Positions 1 to 13,385 of a stretch of 64,000 bases of DNA are shown here, piece by piece. The notes beneath the pieces were generated by a model. The model was not told where the DNA came from. It made no database searches and saw nothing but the letters and a program-made list of their open reading frames with translations. The stretch is from NCBI GenBank assembly GCA_012026655.1, contig JAAILG010000314.1, positions 1-64,000 of the forward strand. Reading direction: 5' to 3'. The position numbers and the translations under genes are program-made. Origin of the DNA: Hydrolagus affinis (lineage: Eukaryota). How positions within the stretch are numbered: the first letter of the stretch is position 1; each line of letters begins with the position of its first letter.

Positions 1-1367
1 TGCATCAATTGGTCTCTGTTGCTCAGGCATTCATTTTGTAGAGCATCTGCTTAAAGAACTTCCTGTTCCTTTCAAATAGCCCGAGGACATCTGCTACAGG
101 CTTGAAATTCCATCATGTCAGCCAAAGACAAAAAAATGTAAGATCGCACAGAAATGCGGAAAATTCTTAAACTCAGTCTTTACTTGGGAGCTGCTTCATT
201 TTGAAGAAAACTGAAGAAAACTGGCTTCCAAATGAGTGTTGAATTTGAGAATATATTAATTCTTGCTTTCTCTACAAATATTTCAATCCTGTCTTCAATT
301 TAAGAATTTGTTACGAAATTCGGATATTTTTAAATCCTTTCTTTGTTTGGAAGCCAGTTTTCCTCAGTTCTGAAAATACATTTGAAGACATAATGGTCTT
401 ACAGGCTATGACTTGGTGGAATGTTGGCACCACACAAGTACTAACATCCCACAGATGGCTTATCTAAAGGCAGGAGCAAAGTGATTCTCAGTCCCTTCAC
501 CACAAATTCAAATCTAAACATTATATATTTCTCCCTTAACTTCTCACGATTCAATATCAAGGGCATTGATAGCATTCAAATTCCACACAGAATTACTTAG
601 CTATTTTACACTGGGTGGTAATTTTACAAGGTACAATTATTTTGCCTTCAGAAGATAATGAGTTTTCCGGTGCAACAGAAATCTTATCAATGGAGTAAAT
701 TAAGTAGTTATTAAAACCATTTCAATTCACAGTTGTCGAATCGCATTGCAATTAAGAGAAGATGGTGCTAGCCATTGGAACTCAAACAAATTGCCTTTTA
801 AATATCCAATCAGTGATTTAAACCCTTGAGCCCTTGTAGTTCATGTCCCAGAATAGAACAAGCAATGCTACTTTATCTGATTGAGCTCATTCATGGCGAT
901 TGAGGTTGTTGGTGTAACGACGCACGCACTGCTCAGTGCAAACTCTGGTAGTAGGTGGGGATGAGCATTTGCAGTTGCTGAGGTTTTGAGATTTGAACCC
1001 TGTCAATAAAATTCAGATTGTCTGCAATCCAAAGTTTTAAAAGGTTGTTATCTCAACTTGGAAAAATTTGGCTTCACAAAGTCTCAGTTCACTCCAAGTC
1101 TCTCATTCCCTTCTCTCCCATCTAATGACAAGAACATCATAGAACGCGTGAAAGTGTAAGAGTAATAATCATTGCATTTGACGTCCTCTTGCAAATGGAC
1201 GAGTTTTCTCTTCCACAAACGTTGACCACTGCTTTACTTTTGAAAGGGCGGACCATCCAAATTCGGATCACTCTGAATTAGGCAAAGTTTGAATTCTTAT
1301 AAAGATGCAGTAGCATATTGTAGCTGGAGTGGTAAGAGAGAGGCTACTGGATGTGATTCCACAAATG

Positions 1368-1665
1368 TTAATCCTTGAATTTGATGTAGCACATTTCACG
1401 TCTTCTAGACGTCTCAAAGCGCTTCACAGAATATACTATAAAATAAATTGATTGTATATATGTGGGCGAAACGAGGCAGCCAATTGTGCACAGCAGTGTC
1501 CCACAAACAGTCGTGGATTGAAGTGACCAATTTATTATTTTGGATTTTTTTGGACGGATTATTATTAGTCGTGTGGAGTAAGGAAACTCGCCCAAGGTTT
1601 CGCCCTGACCTGCTTAGATTCGAACACAGGTCTCACGCTCTAACCACTGAGCTACAGGACTCCAC
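1368..1665 (-). mobile_element. tRNA-derived SINE (young family), near full length
   Basis: Reverse complement of GTGGAGTCCTGTAGCTCAGTGGTTAGAGC...GTTCGAATC (A and B boxes), Deu-like body and L2-type tail. Possible TSD aatgtt. Confidence 0.9.
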
Positions 1666-1724
1666 AATGTTGTATTTTGCATCTCAGCTGTGCCATTGTT
1701 GGCTGGGTAGAGCAGCAAAGAACT

Positions 1725-2157
1725 TGTTAGGTACTTCCTCAAAGGGACAGGTGAAGGGGTGGAACGGGAATGATGGCAGAATACCTCAGGGCACACCCCA
1801 ATCAGTGGCGGTTTGAGTTCAGGACCAGCCAATTCTCCCACTTGTGAAGGTCACATGGTCTGGAGCAATCTTCTGAAGGGAACCTTAACCGAATACAACT
1901 GGTCTCCAAACTTTGGTTCAGTTCACTGCAATTCTGTGGCACTCATCTCTGGAGTCCCACATCTTTCAATAATGTCTAAGTCGGTTGTTATAGAAAAAAT
2001 AATAAAGTCGGTCTATAACAATTTGATACACAACATACACACAGCTCCCTCTTACACAAACCACCGCAACATAGTTCCCATATGGCTCTCGAAGGTCACA
2101 TTACAGAGAGGTCACATTACAGAGAGGGCAGCCACTGTTGGTAAATACAATATAACC
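1725..2157. mobile_element. Possible solo LTR
   Basis: TGTTA...TATAAC(C) termini, AATAAA at ~2001 and a 16-bp tandem duplication (ggtcacattacagaga x2). No TSD found. Confidence 0.3.
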
Positions 2158-2954
2158 TGCATTTAAATTGTGGCTTTCACGTGGGGCACTTGGCACGGCT
2201 GGCTGGGCAACTGGGTAGAAATAGAATTAGTAAAAGAATCACTGTTGGTACGGTTAAATCTTCAGCTGATTCAATAAAACTTTTAGAATGTCACACCTCA
2301 GGGTTCCACACAATTGGATTACTTCATCATCCAAGATCGGTCCAGTGTTATCAATCAATCTCAGTGGTCCTGTCCCTGTTTGGCTGCCCCCTCTGGCTTT
2401 GGTCTCTAGTGCAACACAATCAAAGGTGTGACTTGTACTGCGAGTCACTGCGTTCAAATGGGATCTGTACCTTGACTGCTTTTCTTATGCAGATGCGGGT
2501 ACCTCAAGCCTTCACTGTAGGATAAATTCCGTCACCTCATTTTGAATTTAGCCTTTCTCAGCCATTGCATTTTTGATGTGCGCACTAGCCTGCTATTTTT
2601 TCAGCTCAAATAATATATGTCTGCAGTGACAGAAGATTGCTTCTGATTTAGCTCATCGCACACACGATAAGCTCTCAGCATCGGTGCAGGACAATTCAGA
2701 ATCGGCTTGAGGTTCAATAGCAATTCAGCTGTGAAAACATAAATCTCCCCCACCTTTTCGAAAACAATTCCACCAGTCATTGACTCGGAACACAGTGTTT
2801 GTTTCAAAATAGTCCAAACCAACAAAGCTCTAGACAATGAATGCATAGCATCATAGCATAGCAATCATGGCATTCTGCATTGAAATTGGTCTCACACTTT
2901 ACATGGACAGCCGGTACAGCTTGCTATTGTCAGCTTACGTCTTAAATTCATTTA

Positions 2955-3300
2955 CAATAACAACTTAAAGTTATACAGCCCGCTTCATCTAGGATTGTGT
3001 CGTGGAGCGTTTCGCAAAGCAGACTTGAATGTTGATCAAGTGAGGAAAAGGGCTGACCCAAGACGCTGTAGAAGGGATCGGTTTAAAGACAGATAGATAG
3101 GTGGGTGGTGGATAGAGACAGACATTAGGGGCGTCATGACTGAAGGTATGGCCAACGGTAATGAAACAGAAGGGGTGGTGCCAATATGCAACAGGCCAGT
3201 GTTAGCTAAGCAGAGGGAGCAGGCAGGGGAGTAGGTACGAGCATATCAGAGAGATAGGGAGGTGCCAGGAAATGAAAGGAATTTAGATTAAAAAATATAG
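2955..3300 (-). mobile_element. Highly diverged L2 3' end
   Basis: aacaacttaaagttatacagc tail and purine-rich body resembling the 3495-4014 element. Confidence 0.55.
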
Positions 3301-3494
3301 GCTGCTGGTAAAAGGAGAGCTGAGGTCTTCTTCTGTTGCTCATTGCTGCCACGGATGAATTCCTGGGTTAAGTTGCAAAATAAAATTGAAACGTCAGCTG
3401 TTGGAAGCGCGGTGTACTGCTGCTTGAGACGAAGACAATACTCATTAAATTAGTCAATAGCCGTTCTGAGAGGGCATTTTTAAAAATCTGCTGA

Positions 3495-4014
3495 AACAAC
3501 AACAACAAAATTGCACTTATATAGAGCTTTTCACGTCAGGAGGACGTCCCAAAGCGCTAAATAGTCTGGTCAGGACCCGACCGGGTGGTGGGGGTGGGGG
3601 GTGGGGAAGGGTCAGGGTAGGGGGAAAGAGAGTGAGAGAGGGGGAAGTTAGTGGGGCAGCCAAAGCCGTGGTCAAAGAGGAAGGTCTTGAGACCAGCCTT
3701 GAAGGAGGAAAGGGAGGAGGCGAGGGGGAGGGGCTGCGGGATAGAGTTTCACAGTGTGGGAGCAGAGAGGCTGAAAGCCTGGCCGCCGATGGTTGGGCAG
3801 TTAGGGCAGTGGATACAGACCAGGCCTAAGTCTACTGAACGGAGGGGACAGGTGGGCTGATAGGGAGACAGCAGGTCAGAGAGTTAGGCGGTGGCAAGGC
3901 TGTGAATGGCCTTGAAAGTGAGAACAAGGATCTTGAATTCGATCCTCTGAGTGACGGGGAGCCCGTGGAGACGGGAGAGGGTGAGAGCGATGTGGTCGCG
4001 AAGCCTGGTGCGGG
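3495..4014 (-). mobile_element. L2 LINE 3' end (family B)
   Basis: Minus strand encodes a degenerate L2 ORF2 C-terminus (RLHGLPVTQRIEFKILVLTFKAIH...FKAGLKTFLF), a C-rich 3'UTR and a (TTG)n tail. Confidence 0.88.
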
Positions 4015-5875
4015 AATATTAGTACGTATTGTACTATTGATTATTGAACTGAGAAATCGTTTTCATTCTTTCATAGTAAAGGTTATCAGAACTGATAAAA
4101 AGTAATTAAATCAAAGACACACACAGCCTGTGATCACCCATATACCTTGCAGCTCTGAAATCTAATTTCATTTTCCTGCTGCAGCTATCAATTTGCTATT
4201 ATATTATTGTGCCTGGAAGAATATAGCCACAGTGTTCAATAGTGGTGCAGTGGCTGACTGTGACAAAAATATTAAGAATAGCTGCAGTTAATTATCATTT
4301 TGCCATCCACAGCGATCATTCTGTTCTGGGAGGTATTTGAAAGCCAATTCACAGGACCAGATAGGAGCATCAATGGTTCATTCTAAGAGCCTTCTGAGAT
4401 AGAAAAGAAATTGGGGTGGAGGGAAGGGGGGAGAGCTGGAGTAAAGTGAGCATCTGCAACACATCAACTTATAAATCTGCTTCCTCCCTCAGCTCTGTGA
4501 GTAAGTGGGCAAAGGCCTGAAATTCTCCTTGGTCTTAGCATGTGAGACCATTCTCCTGTAAGATGTGAGAAGGTGCGGAATTGCGAAAATTCCTCACACC
4601 CAGTCTGATTTTGTCAGTCTGTTTAAAAGATACAGTACTGTACAGCAGACAGGAATTATGAAATCTCTTTGTCTCCAATTGGCTCCACTAAAAATAACGA
4701 GAACCGTTGCACAGGAGAAAGTGATACTGCCTGAAGCTAGATGCATGTTTACATACTGTTTCAGAAAGCTACTGTTTATCAGTGGGAATACATACAGGGT
4801 TGAGTTGTAAAGTACAAGATGTTCACAATATCCTATTACCCGCCCGTTTTCTTTTAGACAATGAATTATTTTATTTTCTGTTGCAGATGAATCGAGCCTA
4901 ACAATGTCTGACACCAGTAAGTTCCTCCTCACTCCATCCACGTTAGTGAAGATTGTTGCACACTCTTTCATCTGACCATCTGATGTGAGTAAATGAGAGC
5001 ATTTCAGCATTGTGAAGTGTTTTTTCATCCACACAGAATTGCTTTGCGGTTTCCTGCTGTATCCACAGCACCTCATGTTCTGTGTGTCCTGGCGATTACC
5101 TTAATACATATAAATGGGCTTGCTTCAGTTCCATAATGATAATAAATTCGAATACGCTCACGGCAGTACTCACAAATGAACACATCAAAGCAGAAAAAAA
5201 AATAACTTGGTCTTGCTGCAAATGAAACAATCTGATCTTCGTATGGTCTGTTTGCAGCATTGAGTCTGTTTATAGGGCCACTGACGTGTAAGCGAAATAA
5301 TTGCTCCATACTTATGTTTAGCTGGCCATATCTAGAACAAGGGCTGGCAGTCATGTCAGAACGGCTATTTTTTGGGTTGAACGTTTCTGTGTAAGCAGCG
5401 GTCGGATACACAAGGGAAGGTTTCGAAAAGACACAGATTTCATAATGACTGACATCGATTCCTCAGTGATCTAATGTGGGTTTTACAGTTCGATAAGCAG
5501 AGCCAGTCAAAGACAACTTAGTACAATTCAACACGTAGAAGTTAACAACCCCCAAATCATCCTGTGGTTTTGTTTCTGTGCAAAATTAAAAAAATATATT
5601 AATGCCTGTGGCTTATTTATTAATTTTTGGGGGTTGTAAACCAACTTTAGAATAAAAAAAAAGTAGCAAGAAAACTCAACCATGACATTGCATGGTTTAC
5701 GTCAGATTTATTATATGACAAACCTTAATTAACCCAGGATTTAATCAGGTGTAATTACACCCAGAAGATAGTCCTACCTAAATGGTTACCCCTCCCGAGG
5801 CCTGATGTTCCACCACCAAATCTTAGCTTGCGAGACCAAACATGTAACACTTTTTTTCATCTCTTGTATTCTTAT

Positions 5876-6205
5876 GTGGAGTCTTGTAGCACAGTGGTTG
5901 GAGCACTTGCCATAAGTATGAGACCTGTGTTTCGAATCCAGACAGGTCAGATCGAAACCTTGGGCAAGTTTGCTTACTCCACACACCTAATAATAATCCG
6001 TCCAAATAAGAAATCTTTAATAAAAATTGGTCATTTCAATCTACGACTGTTTGTGGGACACTACTGTGCGCAATTGGCTGCCGCATTTCACCCACAAATA
6101 TACAGTCAATTCACTTTACAGTATATTCTGTGAGGCACTTTGAATCGTCTAGAAGACTTGAAAAGTGCCACATCAAAAGCAAGGATGATTATTATTATTA
6201 TAATA
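5876..6205 (+). mobile_element. tRNA-derived SINE, full length
   Basis: GTGGAGTCTTGTAGCACAGTGG head, ctgtttgtgggacac body, (TTA)n tail. Confidence 0.9.
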
Positions 6206-7169
6206 CTGCACAGATTTGTGGAAAATTCTTAGATTCAATCTTGCTTTGGAAGCTTTTTTTTGCTTTCAAATTTAGACTGAAATTAGGAATTCAATGCCAA
6301 CCTGCCCAATCGTATAGGAAGACAAACGTGGTTCTACAGGCTAAGACTAGGTGGAATTTCAGACTGGAGTCCTTGAATTCAACAACAACAACTTGCATTT
6401 ACATAGTTACTTGTCGCAGTCGGCATTCATTTCAACTATACATGTAAAGTGACCCTTAATTCCCCTCCCTCCACCCCTCCACACACAATAACACAAACAT
6501 TATCTCGAAGCCTCCATGTCGATCACAAATTCCTTGTCTTATTTCCAGAAACATGCTCAAACCCAAAAAGGCAATTGCTGGCTGGTTGGGGAGGGAAATC
6601 AAACACTTTAGTTCCGCCAGAAAATAAATTGCAGTTTAATTGACAAGAAACAAGTGAACTAACTAATATACTCTCTTCGTTCGATGACAGCACAGTGGAT
6701 AAGTGTAATTTGACTCGCTCCTTTTTTTCCTTCCGTTATTTTTCAAGCTGAGCAGCAAAGAGGTGAAGTTCAATTACATTTATCAATAAGTAAATTACTC
6801 ATCAGGCTTAACTCCTCGAAGATTAAAATTGTTAGTACAATATAATAAGGATCCTACTGTGAGAAGGTTAAAGAGTTGTGAATGTGTGCGTCCCCCAGGT
6901 AGAGAAGAAGGCAGAGGAGCTGGTGGGTAGCTCCAGGTCACAGGATATGATGGCGAACCAGCTCAGCTCCTCAACCCTTCCCTCATCCCCAAAACACATT
7001 GGACCTTGAGACAGACACTCTCTTCTGAAAGGCACCCCTTTGCTTTACTGCAAACTTCCCACCCACTTGACATCGTATCTGACATAATATTCACCAGGTA
7101 CTCCACCATCAACTGACTCGTCGTCCATTTTTCCCTCTGTAGTACCTTGACCTGGGTGGCGTTGTACAG

Positions 7170-7268
7170 TATTCCACGTCCCCCACCCGCCTCGACGTTG
7201 GCGGCGAGCCTTCAGCCACTCTGCCCCCAACCTCTGGAACTCCATCCCGCAGTCCCTCCGCCTCGCCA
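7170..7268 (+). mobile_element. L2 ORF2 C-terminal fragment
   Basis: cgagccttcagccactctgcccccaacctctggaactccatcccg encodes RAFSHSAPNLWNSIP. Confidence 0.75.
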
Positions 7269-9426
7269 AGGATCGGATTATCCAGCAGGAGGCACTGTCT
7301 GGTCATCAGAGAGACATATTCTTCGTCCATGAGTTCCCGTGTCTTACTCAGTTTAAAACGACAGGACTGAAAAGTCTAATGAACCCTTTGGCGCATATTG
7401 AACCTGAACTCAGTTGGGATGTCAGCCAGCATCAGTAGAGGTGGAAGACTGTTGTTTACCACTCAATTCCCAAGCAAATAGCTGAAGTCACTTTGACTTT
7501 TGTCACGTTCTGTTATTTGGGGAAACACACTCCCAGCAAATTGCTGATGATTTCAATCTCGGACCAAAATTGCAAGCCATGGATCCCATTAAATTTGACC
7601 TTCTTGGAGGACTTTTTAACTCTTAACACTCCTTTACTTTCAAAGGCACTGCTTTTCTGGGCTCTCACTGGTGCGCATGACACAATTCAGTAGGTTGTCA
7701 AATAGGGTTAAGGTGTCTCAAAAAACGTTTTGCCCTTAAGAATGTGGATGAGTATAATTATACAGGTATGCACTTCTTTGTTGGCTCTTAGTCTAGCCGA
7801 AGCCTCCCATTATGACACAACAAGGGTCAATCAGTGAAATATGAGGTAACTTTACTGTAAAGTGTAGTTGAACAATACTAAATGTATAAAAGTGTATATA
7901 GAAGATGTTATAATCTTAATTTTTTTAATTCTGGTCTGTATCGTTCATATGAATTGTGCCGATTATAATAACCCTTCCCATAATAATAAAACTCTGTGCC
8001 TTTCATTGTCATATAACATCTAGAATGTTAATTGCTTCCTTGTGTAGTGGCTGTTCCTGGTATCAATTGTGGACGTAGATTTCAGCGCAGCTCTGAATCG
8101 CCTTTCGTTTGCAGCAACACACAAGGCAACAACAACAACTAATGGAAAACTTTCTGTGACAGATTAATAAGCCTTTTTAGTTTACTGATAAAAGTCTCAT
8201 CAATCAAGATGCCGGGCAGCAATTGTGAACTGTAGTGTCGTTCACACTAGCGAAGAAAATCTACCATTATCGGGCAACCAGGTCCATTTGTTCAAGCACG
8301 TAAAGGCCATTAGAGAGATTGTGACTGGTTGATGGGCATGTTTCACAGTAGAATCTTCCCAATGCTACAGAGCAGCTGTACATGCCAAGAAACTACAGCT
8401 TTTCTGAACAGCTTGTGCAAAAGAATCAATGAAATGATTTGGTATCAGATGACTGCAACGGAAAGAACTTTAAATCTTGACTTCAGATCACCTAATGGCT
8501 TCCATCCTGCAGTGGAGGAATTAATGCACTGGAAAGCGGTCTCATCGCAACAGAATAGATGTCTCTGCATTGCACCAACTGACGTTGTAAATATTTGTAG
8601 CAGTAATTTGGAGTGGCCAATTCCTTCAGTACTGGCAATTCAGTAATAATTCATTCACAGGGCCTATTAGCTCGTCTTCGAATTTACTTCACCGCTGAAA
8701 AAAATATGATAAAACCCGTTTCTTCATGTGGCTCCTGTTTCACTGGAAACTTCACCTTCAGTTTGTTCTGAGCTGGAATAATGCACAATGTATTTCATTT
8801 CCACTTGAAAAATTATTTACAGTTGCTTCTTCCAGTAATCTACTTGTCAATTCGGGTCATTTTGTATAAATTCAATAAGGAATAACCAGTCATCATGCAA
8901 CAGAATTGCGTTGATTCAGCTACAGGGCGTTTGTTGATTACATTACTGCAATGGAAATTAGATATTGCTGGAGGGGTGGAAGGCAAGAATCAACACTTCT
9001 ATCAACAGATGATAACCTCTCAGTTATGGCTTGACTGCAGGCCGGTTTCGGGAACAAAAGACAGGAGTGAACACAGGCTGTTTCTTCCGACGCTCTACTG
9101 GAGTATTCGTTTCAACACGTGATTTGATAACACATAACACAAATAGAATAAAGGAACAGAAAATTACAACCACCACTTGCCCTAGGCGTGAAGGATCCCT
9201 GTTACTCCTCACCTTGAGTTCTCTAACAATGCTCCCGGGTTGCAGTTTTTAAAACAACCAAGAACTTATTTTAAACATTGCCAATTCACATGAACATTGG
9301 AGAGCCCGATAGAAAATGTCAGTTCTACATTAAAAGATTTATTGATATACTTTTTTTTACACAGCTTGCATTAAGGGTTGAACATACTAATAATAAGCAT
9401 AATTATTATTAACTCAATAATATCAC

Positions 9427-9582
9427 TCAATCCATGACTGTATGTAGGACACTGTTATCTGCTGCTGCATTTCGCCCATAAGATATACAGTCAATTTGCT
9501 TCACAGTATATTCTGTGAAACACTTTGAGATGCCTCGAAGGCTTGATAAGGCACTATATAAAATGCAAGGATTATTATTATT
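9427..9582 (+). mobile_element. 5'-truncated SINE
   Basis: Body and tail only (cagtcaatt...gtgaaacactttgaga...gcaaggattattattatt). Confidence 0.8.
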
Positions 9583-9780
9583 ATCCACCCAACCATCTCC
9601 GTAGATACCTTTGGCTGTCACATGGTTTTGCATGTGCAATGGAGTAAACAGATTTTATTCCCCTCCAGACAATTTCAAACCCTGAACTACCAGTTTACAC
9701 TACACTGCCTACAACAGGTGCACAGTTTGCAAATGCAAATAGTCTTACAGATACAGTACTATACATGCACATAGGAGGTC

Positions 9781-10033
9781 AACAACAACAACAACTTTGA
9801 TTTATATAGCGCCCTCCACGCCGGACGGCGTCTCAGAGCGCTTCACAATAGCGGATCCCGGGACTGAGCCAGGGGCAGGTAGAGAGGTGACCAAAGGTGC
9901 GGTCGAAGAGAAAGGTCTTCAGCTGGGACCTGAAGCTGAGAAAAGAGGGGGCGAGGCAAAGGTAGTGAGGAAGGGAGTTCCAGAGCCTTGGGGCACAGCG
10001 GCTGAAGGCACGGCCGCCAAGGGTGGAGCGGAG
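9781..10033 (-). mobile_element. L2 LINE 3' end (family A)
   Basis: (AAC)n then tttgatttatatagcgccctccacgccggacggcgtctcagagcgct. Inverted homolog of 12600-12833. Confidence 0.88.
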
Positions 10034-12366
10034 GATTCTCTATGTATTCTCTATGTATAGGTTTCTATGCATTGCTTATTAGGGGAGTCTCTTTAGTCAT
10101 CTTATCAATTAATTCTCTGCGTTCTTCAATTGAAAACTCATACAACACATCTCATGCTCTTTGTGAACCAAATGTGCATTGAATTTTCAGTCTTATATTT
10201 CCCCCCAAATCCATCCATCCTAATCATTCCACCTTTCACATTAATGCCTGTCAGCATCTTTCTCTGTTTACAAATGATACGGTGTGATAAATCTCTTTGA
10301 CAGGTCTGATAGTCGATTGTGTGCTCATTTTCTGTCAAAAGTCTGCTCTGCCAGTACTTTGTGTTCTCCTATTTCTTTTCCTAATTGAATTTTTTTCTTG
10401 CCATCATTCTCCATAGTATAGTGGATCTTGCCTGTGTTTTTTTTAAAAATCAACCTTGTGAGCATTCTTTCTCCCTTTCATTCAAAAATGTGTGTGTTTT
10501 CATTTTGCTTTCTCTCTGACATGTTATAAATCTGTCCCCTGTGATTTCTTAATGTTTCTAACACTCTAACGTTTGTCATCTTTTACTCTTCATCAAAGAA
10601 CTTTGAGTTACCCTCCTGACGTTAAAGACGCTATATAAATAAAATTGATTTGCACTCTTCCCATCTGTTGAACACTAGTCTGCTATTCATTTTAGTTTTA
10701 GATTCAAGGTTTAAAATGTTACTCAGAATAGCAATACAACAGTATTATTGATAGAAACGCACTAATGTTTTCACTCACAAAACATACAGTCACTCCATTT
10801 TAAAGTACCGGTATATTCTGTGAAGCGCTTTGAAATGCCTCAATGCCATGAAAAGATGCTGTATCAAATGCAAGTATTATTATAATTATTAATGTTGCCA
10901 GAGAATGGAACAATAGGCACCCAATACCAGAAAGTGCCTCTTTAGGTCTCAAATGAGACCAGGATCTTAAAATTGACCCGCAATTCACAAATGATCCAAC
11001 TTCGCATACACTTCACAAATATATATTTTTTGTGTGTTGTGTCATTCTAGCAGCAGTCCAACAGTGCTGCTAAATATTATCTGGCTGTATATTTAAACCT
11101 ACTAGGTGAGAGAAATTCCAACCCGAAATTCTAGATTGACTCTACTATTTCAGATCTTCCACAACTTGGCCCAATTGAGGAATTGAGTCTCAACTTTGAA
11201 ACTGTTTTTCTAGAATTTGTTAAAAGATATTTACAGAAAACCATATTCAAAATAAACAGCAACTAACATTTATACAGGCTCTTCACACAGGATGTTGTTT
11301 CGGAGCACTTTTTATTAAATATAAAGACTATATTTAAGAATTTCCCAAATTCTAGACGTACTGAAATGCTACATAATTTGAGTAAATCAAGACCCAGGTT
11401 CCGCAACCCAGGTTTTGAGTGTGTCAGACACCCACCCATCTGATCCCGAATAAGCATTGAATAGCCCGTTTGGGGACTTTGGATTTTGTGCTCTTTAAAA
11501 ACGTTGGGTTCTTTATCTAACATTGGTTAGACGACTTGCATTATTCAGGACTCAAGACTTCCATGTTGTTGATGAACACTGAGTTCCACAGCAATGCAAT
11601 AATGAGTCAGAATTCAATCCAGTGACACAAGATTTGGCTGGTGCTCAGGTTTAATCTGAATTGTTAATGCCTGAAAGAACAAACCCCTCCATGTGCTTGC
11701 AGCGTCAATGACATTGGACATGGTGTAAAGCAATAGTGAACAGATATAATAGAAATCTTAAATTGGCTGCTAGATCCTATTGAACCTGAAATCAAAATTC
11801 AATACACATTATAACTGCGACAAACCCAGTATGTTTCATAAACTGAACTGCTCTGCTCAGATTCAGCAAGTTTCTGTTTGTGCTGCATTCGGTTGGCTTT
11901 CAGCTCAGGGCAGAGCTCATAAAGTATTAATTAATGTTTAGTAACAAGCTGCATTGCTTGAGGGGGGTGGGGGGGGTCATCATTTACTCTCTATTGGTTT
12001 GTAAAGCGGCGCAGAGAAATGTTCAGCACTGAAAAGTAACCTTCAGCCACTGCCATCAGTAATGGCAACATGCACCACCGGTCTACCCCGAGATTTCAGG
12101 GGATTAATGAAACCGAATGCGAAAGAGCGCATAACTTACACTGGTTCACAAATTTGTTGGCATCTTGTTTTCATTTCTGCCATTTTCATTAAAAGTTAAT
12201 CATTTAGCAACAACATTTTATGTAAATTTGATTTCCCCAGAACTAATTTGTGGACCCAGTAGAACAATGGAAAGCTGGTAATTTTTTTTGTAAAATTATG
12301 TTCATTAAGAATTCTTGTTGGTTGGTCGACAAAAACCTTTTTGTTTCTATTTAACCCTTATTTAAC

Positions 12367-12833
12367 CCGCTCTAAGCTTCGCTCCCCCATCACCCAGTCC
12401 TTGCCAGACTTCACTGGCTCCCTATCCCAGAGAGAATCAACTTCAAGATCCTCAACCTTGTTTTCAAATCCCTCCACTCCTCTGCACCCGCTTACCTCTC
12501 TGATCTCCTCTCTCCCCAACCCAGCACCCGCTGCCTTCGCTCCTCTGGGTCTGGCCTCCTCCATGTCCCCCCGAATCCTCCGCTTCACCCTCGGCAGCCG
12601 TGCCTTCAGCCACTATGCCCCGAGGCTCTGGAACTCCCTTCTTCACTCCCTTTGCCCCGCCCCCTCTCTTCCCAGTTTCAGGTCACAGCTGAAGACCTTT
12701 CTCTTCGATCACGCTTTTGGTCACCTTTCTGCCCCTGCCCCTGGCTCGGTCCCGGGATCAGCAACTGTAAAGCGCTCTGAGACACCTCCCGGCGTGGAGG
12801 GCGCTATATAAATCAAAGTTATTGTTGTTGTTG
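12367..12833 (+). mobile_element. L2 LINE 3' end (family A)
   Basis: Frameshifted L2 ORF2 C-terminus (LARLHWLPIPERINFKIL...GSRAFSHYAPRLWNSL...LKTFLF) and (TTG)n tail. Confidence 0.92.
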
Positions 12834-12974
12834 TAAGTGCAGGAACAACATCGTTTGCCTCTACTGTCATTAACCTTTCAGTAACTGCATGGCCTTATTC
12901 TTTCAGAGATTCTTTAACTCACTTGGGACATCCTCCCGAAGTGAAAGGTGTTCTATAAATGTCAATCTGTATTG

Positions 12975-13385
12975 TAGGGTCCGTCGATATGGAAATTTTC
13001 CAATATCGATATATTGGTCGGCTCATATCGATATATACCAATATATCAATATTTCCAGGGGGTTTTATACTGTGCATGTGCGCGCATTCGGGGGTACGCG
13101 CGCATTCAGAGGTGCGCACGCATTCCGGTGTGTGCACGCATTCCGAGCTCTAGACCCAGGAGGTTGCAATGCCGGCGACAAGGTAAGCTGGAAAAGATCG
13201 CATTATACCAATAATACCGATATATCGCCAGAAGCGACATACCGATATTTACGATATACCGATATATTTTTTCATATTGAATTTTTCGATATGAAATATC
13301 AATATATTTTAAATTCCGATATCGGCATATCGATATGAAAAATTATATCGATATAACCGATATATCGATATATCGCCGGACCCTA
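12975..13385. mobile_element. Non-autonomous hAT-type DNA transposon (MITE), 411 bp
   Basis: 16-bp TIRs TAGGGTCCGTCGATAT / ATATCGCCGGACCCTA (1 mismatch). 8-bp TSD ctgtattg (12967-12974) / cagtattg (13386-13393). Many subterminal CGATA/ATATCG motifs. No transposase ORF. Confidence 0.9.
13078..13149. repeat. Four imperfect 18-bp tandem units inside the MITE
   Basis: gtgcgcgcattcgggggt / acgcgcgcattcagaggt / gcgcacgcattccggtgt / gtgcacgcattccgagct. Confidence 0.85.

Noticed and set aside
3583-3625. G-quadruplex-forming run
   Set aside because: The sequence is real but is simply the G/C-rich 3'UTR common to L2 family B copies. There is no locus-specific evidence.
5073-5200. CRERIRIYYHYGTEASPF resembles the expected next MGAT5B exon start (CRIRVIDTFGTEPAY)
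   Set aside because: It lacks the conserved downstream NWGYWNL/QFMTMF, and the nearby AGs are in the wrong phase for the phase-2 donor at 15624. The true exon is probably left of the window.
9022-9139. Possible short LTR remnant (gttatg...cataaca ends)
   Set aside because: No TSD, no intact AATAAA and no second copy in the window, so it cannot be supported.
12889-13338. 149-aa ORF with repeated RAF/HAF motifs
   Set aside because: Translation of the MITE's 18-bp tandem array and CGATA repeats. No transposase motifs.
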